A stretch of 64,000 nt of DNA, taken from a virus. A program made the position numbers and the translations under genes. Shown piece after piece: positions 38,598 through 46,272 of this stretch. The stretch spans positions 17,255 through 81,254 of IMG/VR virus record IMGVR_UViG_3300021490_000002. The stretch is one strand, 5' to 3'. Under the pieces are notes generated by a model. The model worked only from the letters and a program-made list of their open reading frames with translations, did no database searches and was not told where the DNA came from. Within the stretch, counting starts at the first letter, position 1. Every line of letters starts with the position of its first letter.

Positions 38598-40316
38598 ATG
38601 TTCCAAAAGTTTGGTAGAGGCCTAACCCAACCCTGGTCATTTTTGGATTTAAATGACACACCCAACTCATACTCCCTACCAGAGGGCCTGTTTCAAATAG
38701 CCAAAACAGGCGACCAAGTAGTGGTAGCTCCTGTAGTTCCCGTTTATCGTATGGGAACTGCAGGAGAAAATATTAGTAAAGGGAATGTTGTCTATATTGG
38801 GTCGGATGGAAATTATTATCAGCCAACTGAATATTCTAAGGATTATGACATAGTTGGAGTGGCTTATAATGATGCTGCTGAAGGCGATTCATTACTAATT
38901 ATTGTCTTCGGCATTATTAATGGTTTTGAAAATTTAAAAACAGGGAAGAAGTATTTTCTCGATAAAAACTTGCACTTAACTACAGATACATTAAAAGGTA
39001 AAATTCAGTATGGTATCGCAGTCTCAGAGACTGAAATATTAATAGAATTATTTTCAGGAACAAGTACCTTCGGAGGTGGTGGAATGATAGATATGTTTGA
39101 AAAAAGGGAGGAGTATGATTCCAACGGAAACCTTATTTTTGAAGGTTCTGCTCCTCCAGGAAGTAAGGAGTCAGACCCTGTTTGGTTTATCCAAAGATAT
39201 ATCTATGAATCAAACAGTAGAAAAGTAACCCGTTTGTTTGCAAATAGAGATACTGAATTCAACAAGGTTTGGCGCTATAGGGAATACTATAATTACTTTG
39301 ATGTTTTTAGCGAATTATACGAATATGACGAAAATGGATTTTTGAAGTATAAAGGGAAAGGAATTCCTGGAGCTACACCTGACTCTCTAGGCTGGGTAAT
39401 TGCAAGAAATACGGCTGATGCTAACGGTAACACCATTGAGCTGGGGTATGCTGAAGGAAATCGTATAACGCATAAGAACATCTGGAACAACAGAGAGTCT
39501 TACAATTACGAGGTTGGGCACGTTGTTCTCATAGAATATGATACGCATGGATATATTGTATATAAAGGCACAAGCGAAGCTGGAAAACAAACAGATAAAC
39601 CTATTTGGACCATAGAAAAGTATGTTTATTACGGAAATAAGTTGTATTCAATTGGCGTCGAAGAGAACGTTGCGTGGGATAATAGGGAAGCATATGACTA
39701 CTCTTCCAAATATATCTACTTATCCTCTGCAGATGGGACTTACATTGGAGTCGCTGAGTCTCCAGCTTACCCTACAGACCCTGTGTGGGAGATAACTAAA
39801 GTTGTGACTGACCCAGATACAGGCAACGTTATCAAAATCCAAAAGAGGACTTCAGTTCGCTGGAGTGAAAAAGAAACGCTAGACTATACTCAGGAATATT
39901 GTGAGCTTTATGATTACGATGACGACGGAAAGCTTATTTATGTAGGTAAAACTAATACTCCTGGGCATGAAGAATGGAAGAATATTTGGGTAATAGAAAA
40001 GAATGTTATAGATGAAGCTACAGGACAATTGTTGCACGTATCAGTTGCTAACAAGAACCTAGAAAGCGACAACGTTTGGTCTCTCAGAGAGTCATATAAT
40101 TATGATGAAGGAATCATTAGAATATATGATTACGATACTGACGGAAAAGTAATTTACGAAGGACATACAGTTGCAGGCGCTAAAACATCAGACCCTGCGT
40201 TTTTAATATATAAATTTAACTATGATGTTGACAGGAATATTGTCTCAAAACTATTACCAAATACAGACCCACAGGAATATAATAAAGTATGGGACGATAG
40301 GGCCACATACTTTTAA
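38598..40316 (+). CDS. Virion protein: DTP motif + DUF2190-like domain + six ~60-aa repeats
   Basis: AGENISKGNVVYI...IVGVA...LKTGKKYFL, then six YDxxGxxIYxG...W-x-I...W-x-x-R-x-x-Y units. Confidence 0.65.
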   Translation: MFQKFGRGLTQPWSFLDLNDTPNSYSLPEGLFQIAKTGDQVVVAPVVPVYRMGTAGENISKGNVVYIGSDGNYYQPTEYSKDYDIVGVAYNDAAEGDSLLIIVFGIINGFENLKTGKKYFLDKNLHLTTDTLKGKIQYGIAVSETEILIELFSGTSTFGGGGMIDMFEKREEYDSNGNLIFEGSAPPGSKESDPVWFIQRYIYESNSRKVTRLFANRDTEFNKVWRYREYYNYFDVFSELYEYDENGFLKYKGKGIPGATPDSLGWVIARNTADANGNTIELGYAEGNRITHKNIWNNRESYNYEVGHVVLIEYDTHGYIVYKGTSEAGKQTDKPIWTIEKYVYYGNKLYSIGVEENVAWDNREAYDYSSKYIYLSSADGTYIGVAESPAYPTDPVWEITKVVTDPDTGNVIKIQKRTSVRWSEKETLDYTQEYCELYDYDDDGKLIYVGKTNTPGHEEWKNIWVIEKNVIDEATGQLLHVSVANKNLESDNVWSLRESYNYDEGIIRIYDYDTDGKVIYEGHTVAGAKTSDPAFLIYKFNYDVDRNIVSKLLPNTDPQEYNKVWDDRATYF

Positions 40317-40352
40317 AATACAGTGGGGTCTAAGTCAGCCCCACTGTATTTT
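40315..40352. terminator. Bidirectional terminator at the convergence of the two arms
   Basis: Perfect 14-bp inverted repeat AAAATACAGTGGGG / CCCCACTGTATTTT with a 10-nt loop. Confidence 0.85.
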
Positions 40353-41103
40353 GGTACAACATCTTTTCTGCACTTAAATCAAAGTCGATATAAATTCCAC
40401 TTACACCCCTTCCTTTCCTTTCCAGAATCTTACTTACATAGAATGGGTATGTTAAGGTAAAGTTGCTCTCATACTTCTTTCCTATATGGTAAGGTAAGAC
40501 GACAAACCAGCAATTATCAATAATTGGAGAGGGAATATGAACGTGGTAAACTATCTTGTTTTCTACAAAATAGTTAAAAAAGTTGATAAAATTCTTAGCT
40601 ACTCCTATTGTAGCTCCTGGAAGGATGAAAATCTTATCATCTATAGCGTTAATGACGTCCAGATTCACCTGACTTAGTCTCAGTTCATGAAATGCAGTTA
40701 CTGGAGGACAAAAGCAAATAAGGTCGTGTTCTTTTAAAGGGAAGTCAGCCGTGTCAGGAATTTCTTTCGGAATCGTTGGAATATTTTTACTCTCAACACT
40801 TTCCAATGTATATAAAAACTTATTAGTTAAATTAACCCTTTCAACGTTTACGTCTCTTACCAGATAGAATAGGTCATCCACAACGAGAGGCCTCTTTATA
40901 TTAAACGCCTTGATAATATCTGTAAGAAAGGTACTAAAACAATTATAAACTGGAACTGATATTATATCTACATACGCAACACAACCATTTAACACATATA
41001 TTGTCTGACCTAACTTTTTCAAAATAAGAAAAGAATATGGAAAAGTCTCGTAATATTTTAATGCGTTATCATCTTTTATCTCAATGAGAAAGCTCATCTC
41101 CAA
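40330..41103 (-). CDS. Degenerate spermidine-synthase-fold protein
   Basis: YETFPY...GQTIYVLNG, IKRPLVV, HDLICF, VYHVHIPSPIIDNCWFVV follow SpeE motif order, but the GGG SAM loop is missing. Confidence 0.4.
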   Translation of the reverse strand: MEMSFLIEIKDDNALKYYETFPYSFLILKKLGQTIYVLNGCVAYVDIISVPVYNCFSTFLTDIIKAFNIKRPLVVDDLFYLVRDVNVERVNLTNKFLYTLESVESKNIPTIPKEIPDTADFPLKEHDLICFCPPVTAFHELRLSQVNLDVINAIDDKIFILPGATIGVAKNFINFFNYFVENKIVYHVHIPSPIIDNCWFVVLPYHIGKKYESNFTLTYPFYVSKILERKGRGVSGIYIDFDLSAEKMLYQNTVGLT

Positions 41104-41329
41104 CTCCTTTTGAACACACTTCGTCCTCTAGGGCCTGTAAAGCATCCCAAAATCTTCTCCGCATTTCCCTATTGAATTCATCTTCCAACTGAGGATTTCC
41201 TGTCGGATTATTTTGTGTTGGAAAAGGATTCTGCATTAAGGCCTTTAGCCAATAGTACTCTTCTTCAGTTAGTTCTAATATTAATTTCTTTTCTACCTTG
41301 ACACTCATTTTCATACCATACCTCCTCAA
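41081..41329 (-). CDS. Hypothetical protein
   Basis: Operon packing; GAGGAGG RBS before the internal ATG. Confidence 0.55.
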   Translation of the reverse strand: MRRYGMKMSVKVEKKLILELTEEEYYWLKALMQNPFPTQNNPTGNPQLEDEFNREMRRRFWDALQALEDEVCSKGVGDELSH

Positions 41330-41853
41330 AAGTTTATGTTAATTGCCCTAGTCGTCCCATTTTTTTCAATCTCAAATTTACTATGTATGAGGCTTAAAAA
41401 GGATAGAGGAAGATGAATAGGCTTGTAGTAAAATTCTGGAGGCACATAAGAATAATGTTTGATGGTAATACATGGAACCTCCTTTTTGTTGTACTCCTCT
41501 ATAGCCCAGTATATGTTATAAAACCCTGCAATAAGAACAGGCGTATTTTTATAAATCTCAACTACTGGAGGTAGTAATAATTTCCTTCCAAACTTTACTG
41601 CTTTACAATCATCTGAGACGTCAATACTTTTTTCTAAAAGTAAAGCATAAAAAAGCTTATGTGCCTGCTCCTTCTCCGAATTATTGTCCTCTTTATCTGG
41701 GTATGTTGTAAATAAAGAATCTACGGAAAGGTACTCTATCTGGATTAAAGAAGACTTATATAAAGGAAGCTTCTTATCAGATATAGTTAAATTCCTAATG
41801 GCATTTGTAACTTCATTTCCATTAAATACTTTGTATGTATTTAAAGATTTCAT
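41326..41853 (-). CDS. Possible degenerate ParB/Srx-fold protein
   Basis: LPPVVE...VLIAGFYNIYWA...KEVPCITI mirrors the PIVV...DGHHR..A...VP pattern. Confidence 0.35.
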   Translation of the reverse strand: MKSLNTYKVFNGNEVTNAIRNLTISDKKLPLYKSSLIQIEYLSVDSLFTTYPDKEDNNSEKEQAHKLFYALLLEKSIDVSDDCKAVKFGRKLLLPPVVEIYKNTPVLIAGFYNIYWAIEEYNKKEVPCITIKHYSYVPPEFYYKPIHLPLSFLSLIHSKFEIEKNGTTRAININF

Positions 41854-41875
41854 TGTTCCCTCCCTATGCCAAAAA

Positions 41876-42415
41876 TTATTTATTGTTAGTTTGTGTTGGC
41901 CTATAAGGAGAGGTTGGTTTTATAGAAAAACGACCTCCGATAATCCCTGTTTCCTTTAATACTAACTCCGACTCCTCTTTAATAGGCAACTTTCCGTGTT
42001 CTTTCGTATATTTGCGAACAAAGGCAAGGTAATCTTCAGGTTCGACTGCTGCTCTCATAGGGGATGGCTTCCTATTTAATAACTCTTGCTTTCTCCTAAG
42101 ACCTCTAATTTCTTCCCCCAGAATAAACCTAAAATTTGTGACAAAACTTTCAGGCATGTCTAAAAATCCATCTATTTTATCTTTAGGAACGTTTAACCTT
42201 TGAATCAAACCTCCAACTGGAGAAAAGGGCTGGTAAACTACTTTTCCTTTATGCTTAACTTCTTTGTATGCTTCGTTTGTATTCTCGTGTAATTCCAATT
42301 GGATATAACAACCTTCAACTTCATAATACGTGTTTTTCTCCGTAACAAAACCACCTATCACCTTCCCAGAGCTCATTAAGATAAATTTTAGTTCCTTCCC
42401 ATAAAGTTCGCCCAT
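41876..42415 (-). CDS. Phage Sm-like domain protein
   Basis: KFILMSSGKVIGG...QPFSP...LNVPKDKI...P N-terminal pattern; resembles 55859-56191. Confidence 0.4.
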   Translation of the reverse strand: MGELYGKELKFILMSSGKVIGGFVTEKNTYYEVEGCYIQLELHENTNEAYKEVKHKGKVVYQPFSPVGGLIQRLNVPKDKIDGFLDMPESFVTNFRFILGEEIRGLRRKQELLNRKPSPMRAAVEPEDYLAFVRKYTKEHGKLPIKEESELVLKETGIIGGRFSIKPTSPYRPTQTNNK

Positions 42416-42427
42416 AGAAATTCTCCT

Positions 42428-43075
42428 TTACTTTTCAGGGATGAATAAATGTGTAGCCCTATATTTTACAGTAACTGAATTATTTGCGTCATTATTGACA
42501 ATAGTTGAGTAATAATTATCCATGTCGTCTGGATAATGAATAAATATGTCAACTTCGGTAGTAGCTAATTTATATACATGCTCTTCAACTAAGACATATA
42601 CCTCTGTTACTAAAGTCTCTTCCAAAGTAAGCGTAGCTCCTGCACCTATTTCTATATCTCCAGATAGGAACTTGTTTACTGCAGCCAGTTCATAGACATA
42701 ATTAAAATCTATTGCGTCTATGATTGAGCCCATGCCTGTATAATCTACCCTTACAGTGGTCCCAATTTTACTTTCATTAAAAAATACTAATTGTTGGTAA
42801 GGAGCAACAAAATATTGGTCCACACCTGGAGGGAAAGTGTTAGTTCCAGTTATTAACTCACCTGTATCCATGTTAATTACAGTAATCATTCCACTTGTTC
42901 CGAGGGCAGATACAGGACGCTCATATAGCCTTACATATCCAACATTACTATATTTTGGATGCTCAACTATTTCAAGCACATCTGACCTGGGCTGAAAATC
43001 ATTACCCTCTGTAGGAGTAGCTCTTCTATTGATTACAGGAATACGAGGACCAACACCATGACTTGCAACATACAT
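42428..43075 (-). CDS. Putative virion protein, paralogue of the N-terminal domain of 35190-37916
   Basis: VFFNESKIGTTVRVDYTGMGSIIDAIDFNYV vs LYFNAADNGKTVTIEYYGLGSLVAIDEINYI. Confidence 0.65.
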   Translation of the reverse strand: MYVASHGVGPRIPVINRRATPTEGNDFQPRSDVLEIVEHPKYSNVGYVRLYERPVSALGTSGMITVINMDTGELITGTNTFPPGVDQYFVAPYQQLVFFNESKIGTTVRVDYTGMGSIIDAIDFNYVYELAAVNKFLSGDIEIGAGATLTLEETLVTEVYVLVEEHVYKLATTEVDIFIHYPDDMDNYYSTIVNNDANNSVTVKYRATHLFIPEK

Positions 43076-43076
43076 C

Positions 43077-43922
43077 CTAAGTCCTCCTTATTTTAAAATA
43101 AAGTTTATAAACGACATCTATAAAACTTCCCGTATCTGTTGCCCGACCTATTTCACCAAGTATTTCAGAAGTCTCCAAAACTTCTTTTTCACTAATTTGA
43201 TAGTTGGCCTTGAGCTCACTAAAGAAGGCATTTTTAAAATAGTCTAAAAGAGCTATTTTCAATGGAAATATGCCAAACTTTTGCAAATACGACTCAAATA
43301 ATTCGCTGAATTCATTTATTGGCGACTCCAGCAGAGCTGCAATGAATTCTTTTTGCTCTGTTTGATAGTTACTAAGTTGCGTCATTACTTCTCTCCTATT
43401 CGTAGCCCTTTGTAGATGTTTGGCAAAGAACTTTAAAACACTTATTCTTCCTTGACTCACATCATATAATTTTTCTGCTATGGCCTTATTGTATTTCCAT
43501 AAACATTTTTTAGCCAAATTCTTGGTGACAAAATCCACTGCATCCAGAGTCAAGTTCCCAATAATAATTCTATTGGGAGATACTATTTCATCTTCAAAAA
43601 ATATTCCTACATTACTTTTGTCAATGAAATACGATACAAACTTTCTGTCTGGGATATGGACAAAAAAATAAATTTCCTTTATGGCGGGAGACTTTAATAC
43701 TCGTAAAGTCTTATCTGTTCTAACACATAGAGCCATTTTATCTATATAAACTACATTTTCACTTCCTAAAATATTCTGGAGGAGTAGCAAAGGAATGTCA
43801 GGTTCGCTTGCAACAAATTGGGTGCAGGGGAGGATTCCCTCCCCCAGCTCATATTCATCTAAATGTTTGTTTGACTGCATTAAGGCAGAGAATAATTCCA
43901 AAGGGTCTTTATTCTTCCTCAT
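43077..43922 (-). CDS. Possible degenerate clamp-loader (AAA+ delta/DnaX-like) protein
   Basis: AIAEKLYDVSQGRISVL resembles the clamp-loader lid/sensor-2 region; no Walker A. Confidence 0.3.
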   Translation of the reverse strand: MRKNKDPLELFSALMQSNKHLDEYELGEGILPCTQFVASEPDIPLLLLQNILGSENVVYIDKMALCVRTDKTLRVLKSPAIKEIYFFVHIPDRKFVSYFIDKSNVGIFFEDEIVSPNRIIIGNLTLDAVDFVTKNLAKKCLWKYNKAIAEKLYDVSQGRISVLKFFAKHLQRATNRREVMTQLSNYQTEQKEFIAALLESPINEFSELFESYLQKFGIFPLKIALLDYFKNAFFSELKANYQISEKEVLETSEILGEIGRATDTGSFIDVVYKLYFKIRRT

Positions 43923-44754
43923 CCTTCTTCCCTAGCTTTCTTTCTCTTGGTTGAATTACAAATTCATAATATTCCTCATCTGTAAGTCCCATTGAAGCAG
44001 CCCTTCTTTTATCTTCTGGACTCAACTCTACTTTCTTTCCTCCTTCTCCGCCACCTCCACCTTCACCAGTGTCTTCTCTAGGAGTCTTCTTTTGAGGTGG
44101 TTCGCCCTTAACTAAATTTGAATTCTCTGGAGCAGATAAGAATTTTTCTAAGAATTCCTTTGGAGATAATTCTGCGATACCGCCAGACTCTGTTTTCTCT
44201 TCTACGACATATTCTCCATCCTCATTCACCTTAAAGAAATGTTTTGTAATTAAATATATTTGTTCTGGATTGACTGCGTTCATCTGCGTGGCAAGGTTTA
44301 CCAGCTCAGCTTTCAACTTATAATCACTAAGTTCTCTTACTTTTTGTTCCCTTTCTTCTAATGCGCTTTTCACCTTCTCATACTCATCTTTAGGGACATA
44401 GTTCTCTAGCTGCTTTTTCAGCTTATCTAGCTCTCCAAGTAATTTCTCCTTTTCGTAGCGCTCCTTCTCCAACTCGTCCATCCGCTTCTTTTTCTCTTCC
44501 TCTTCCTTCTCCTTATACTTCTGCAATTCCTCTTCCAAAGACTTATACTTTTCCAGTTCTTCCTGTAGGGACTGTAAAGAATTTAGCTGTTCTTGAAGGT
44601 CGTTCATTTGTTTTTGAAGCTCACGGCGCTCTTTCTTTAACTTGTCTCTCTGTTCTATAACCTTCTTAAACTCAGTTTCAGGAATATACTTCCCTTCACC
44701 ACCTCCACCTTCAGGTGGAGTAGGATTGTTGTTATTAACTTTTCCATCACCCAT
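43909..44754 (-). CDS. Capsid scaffolding protein
   Basis: Long E/K coiled coil, AVNPEQI, Gly-rich linkers; directly downstream of the portal. Confidence 0.75.
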   Translation of the reverse strand: MGDGKVNNNNPTPPEGGGGEGKYIPETEFKKVIEQRDKLKKERRELQKQMNDLQEQLNSLQSLQEELEKYKSLEEELQKYKEKEEEEKKKRMDELEKERYEKEKLLGELDKLKKQLENYVPKDEYEKVKSALEEREQKVRELSDYKLKAELVNLATQMNAVNPEQIYLITKHFFKVNEDGEYVVEEKTESGGIAELSPKEFLEKFLSAPENSNLVKGEPPQKKTPREDTGEGGGGGEGGKKVELSPEDKRRAASMGLTDEEYYEFVIQPRERKLGKKDEEE

Positions 44755-44787
44755 AGTTTATACCTCCTTCATATATGATTTCTGTTG

Positions 44788-44816
44788 ATTATATATTTAT
44801 TTCTTATTGCTGTCAA
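44788..44816 (-). promoter_or_regulatory. Consensus sigma70 promoter upstream of scaffold gene
   Basis: TTGACA (44816-44811)-17 nt-TATAAT (44793-44788). Confidence 0.85.
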
Positions 44817-46257
44817 CTGCAGAAAAGGAAACCATCTTAGCTAATTTACCTTTTTGTATCTGGGAAATAGGAAGAGGAAGGATATACGTTAGTTCTCTAA
44901 TTAATTCGGAGACGTATTCTGGGGATAAACCTGTTTGCACTAAATTGGAAATATTTAAAGTTGATACAATCCAGGACTGTAGTGAGTCTAAGGAAAAAGT
45001 ATCTGGGTATAATATTTCAAGGTCATCCCCTGCTTCTTTACCTATATACTTTCCAATCGTCTGGAATATTCTTTTTTCAACTAGGGCCATACTTTTACAA
45101 AATTTTGCAAGCTTATTAGATACATACTCCATATCAAACGAACCGTCGTATCTCTGTATCCCAGACAAATACATTGCAAAAAATATTGCGTCTCTCACAA
45201 TCTTCCACACATTTCCCATACCGCTGACTGGAGGGGAAATGTAGTTTGGAGGATGTCCTGTATTTGCAGGAAATGTTAGAACAGTGGACTTTGCTAATCT
45301 CCGTAATGCAGGGTCCAGCCCTTGTTCAATAAATGAGTCTGCATTAGCTAGTTCAAGGTAGAGGTTATATTCTTCATCGTATTGCATCTGTCTTAATTCA
45401 GATTGTTTGGCTTGCCATTCTTCAATACTTCCATCGTCTGGAAGTGTAAGCTGGTAAAATGCATTTCTTTCCCCCAGCTCCTCTGCGAGCGAGATGTTGT
45501 TTAAAATTCCTTTCATTATGTAAGCTAATCCCAAACCTAATCCTTGGCGTCTATTGATTCTGAAAGAAGACGGAAAGTTGAGCTGAAACACAGGTGTGTA
45601 GCCTAACCCATGCTCAAATGGCTTTACGATATTGTTACCGTTCTCATCAACTTCATAAATTTTTTCGTAATCTACGATAATATAAACATCTACTTCATCT
45701 CCCTCAACAACTTTTGTTGTTTTAAAGGTTGCCCACATAAATCCATGCCGTCTCCTCTTATCCCAATTGATTAACTGGGTAGGAGAAAATAAGGAAACTG
45801 TAGGCATTATTTCTTCCGCAGAACTACTATACTCTGGAAAGTCCACCCCTTCGTCTATAGAGGTAAATGCGTAATCAACAAAGATATATGCCGAGCCAAA
45901 GTAAGCAGATAAGATTCCTGCCTCACACATAAAGTCGTCCAACGGGTCTCCATAACCCGTAGCATCGTCAATAAAATCCAAATATTCATCTACGCCTTTT
46001 CTAATTACACCCTCTTTAAAAATTGGCTCTACAAAAGAATTCAAAACCTTTCTAGCTATGTCAAAGTACCATGCTCTTTTCAAACGAGTTTGATAGGCAG
46101 AAGAGTCTTCAAAGCTATGTTGTAATAAATAATCTTTCGTAACAAAGTCTTCCCCACCTTCAAGAGCATCTAATAGAAAGTCATATTCGTTGGCATATTT
46201 ATCATACAAAGGATGATTGTCCATGCGGTCTTTTATACCAGGTAATTTGTAACCCAT
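44797..46257 (-). CDS. Portal protein
   Basis: HPLY...DALEGG...YQTRLKRA, DATGYGDPLDDFM, HGLGYTPVF motifs (SPP1/DUF4055-like portals); GGGGG RBS before ATG 46257. Confidence 0.8.
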   Translation of the reverse strand: MGYKLPGIKDRMDNHPLYDKYANEYDFLLDALEGGEDFVTKDYLLQHSFEDSSAYQTRLKRAWYFDIARKVLNSFVEPIFKEGVIRKGVDEYLDFIDDATGYGDPLDDFMCEAGILSAYFGSAYIFVDYAFTSIDEGVDFPEYSSSAEEIMPTVSLFSPTQLINWDKRRRHGFMWATFKTTKVVEGDEVDVYIIVDYEKIYEVDENGNNIVKPFEHGLGYTPVFQLNFPSSFRINRRQGLGLGLAYIMKGILNNISLAEELGERNAFYQLTLPDDGSIEEWQAKQSELRQMQYDEEYNLYLELANADSFIEQGLDPALRRLAKSTVLTFPANTGHPPNYISPPVSGMGNVWKIVRDAIFFAMYLSGIQRYDGSFDMEYVSNKLAKFCKSMALVEKRIFQTIGKYIGKEAGDDLEILYPDTFSLDSLQSWIVSTLNISNLVQTGLSPEYVSELIRELTYILPLPISQIQKGKLAKMVSFSAVDSNKK

Positions 46258-46272
46258 ACGAGTACCCCCCAA

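Noticed and set aside
39090-40316. RHS/YD toxin
   Set aside because: The repeat period (~60 aa) and conserved Trp pattern differ from RHS, and there is no RHS core or toxin tip.
43077-43922. Major capsid protein (expected after scaffold)
   Set aside because: No HK97-like features; the sequence looks helical and basic, more like an AAA+ lid or clamp-loader remnant.
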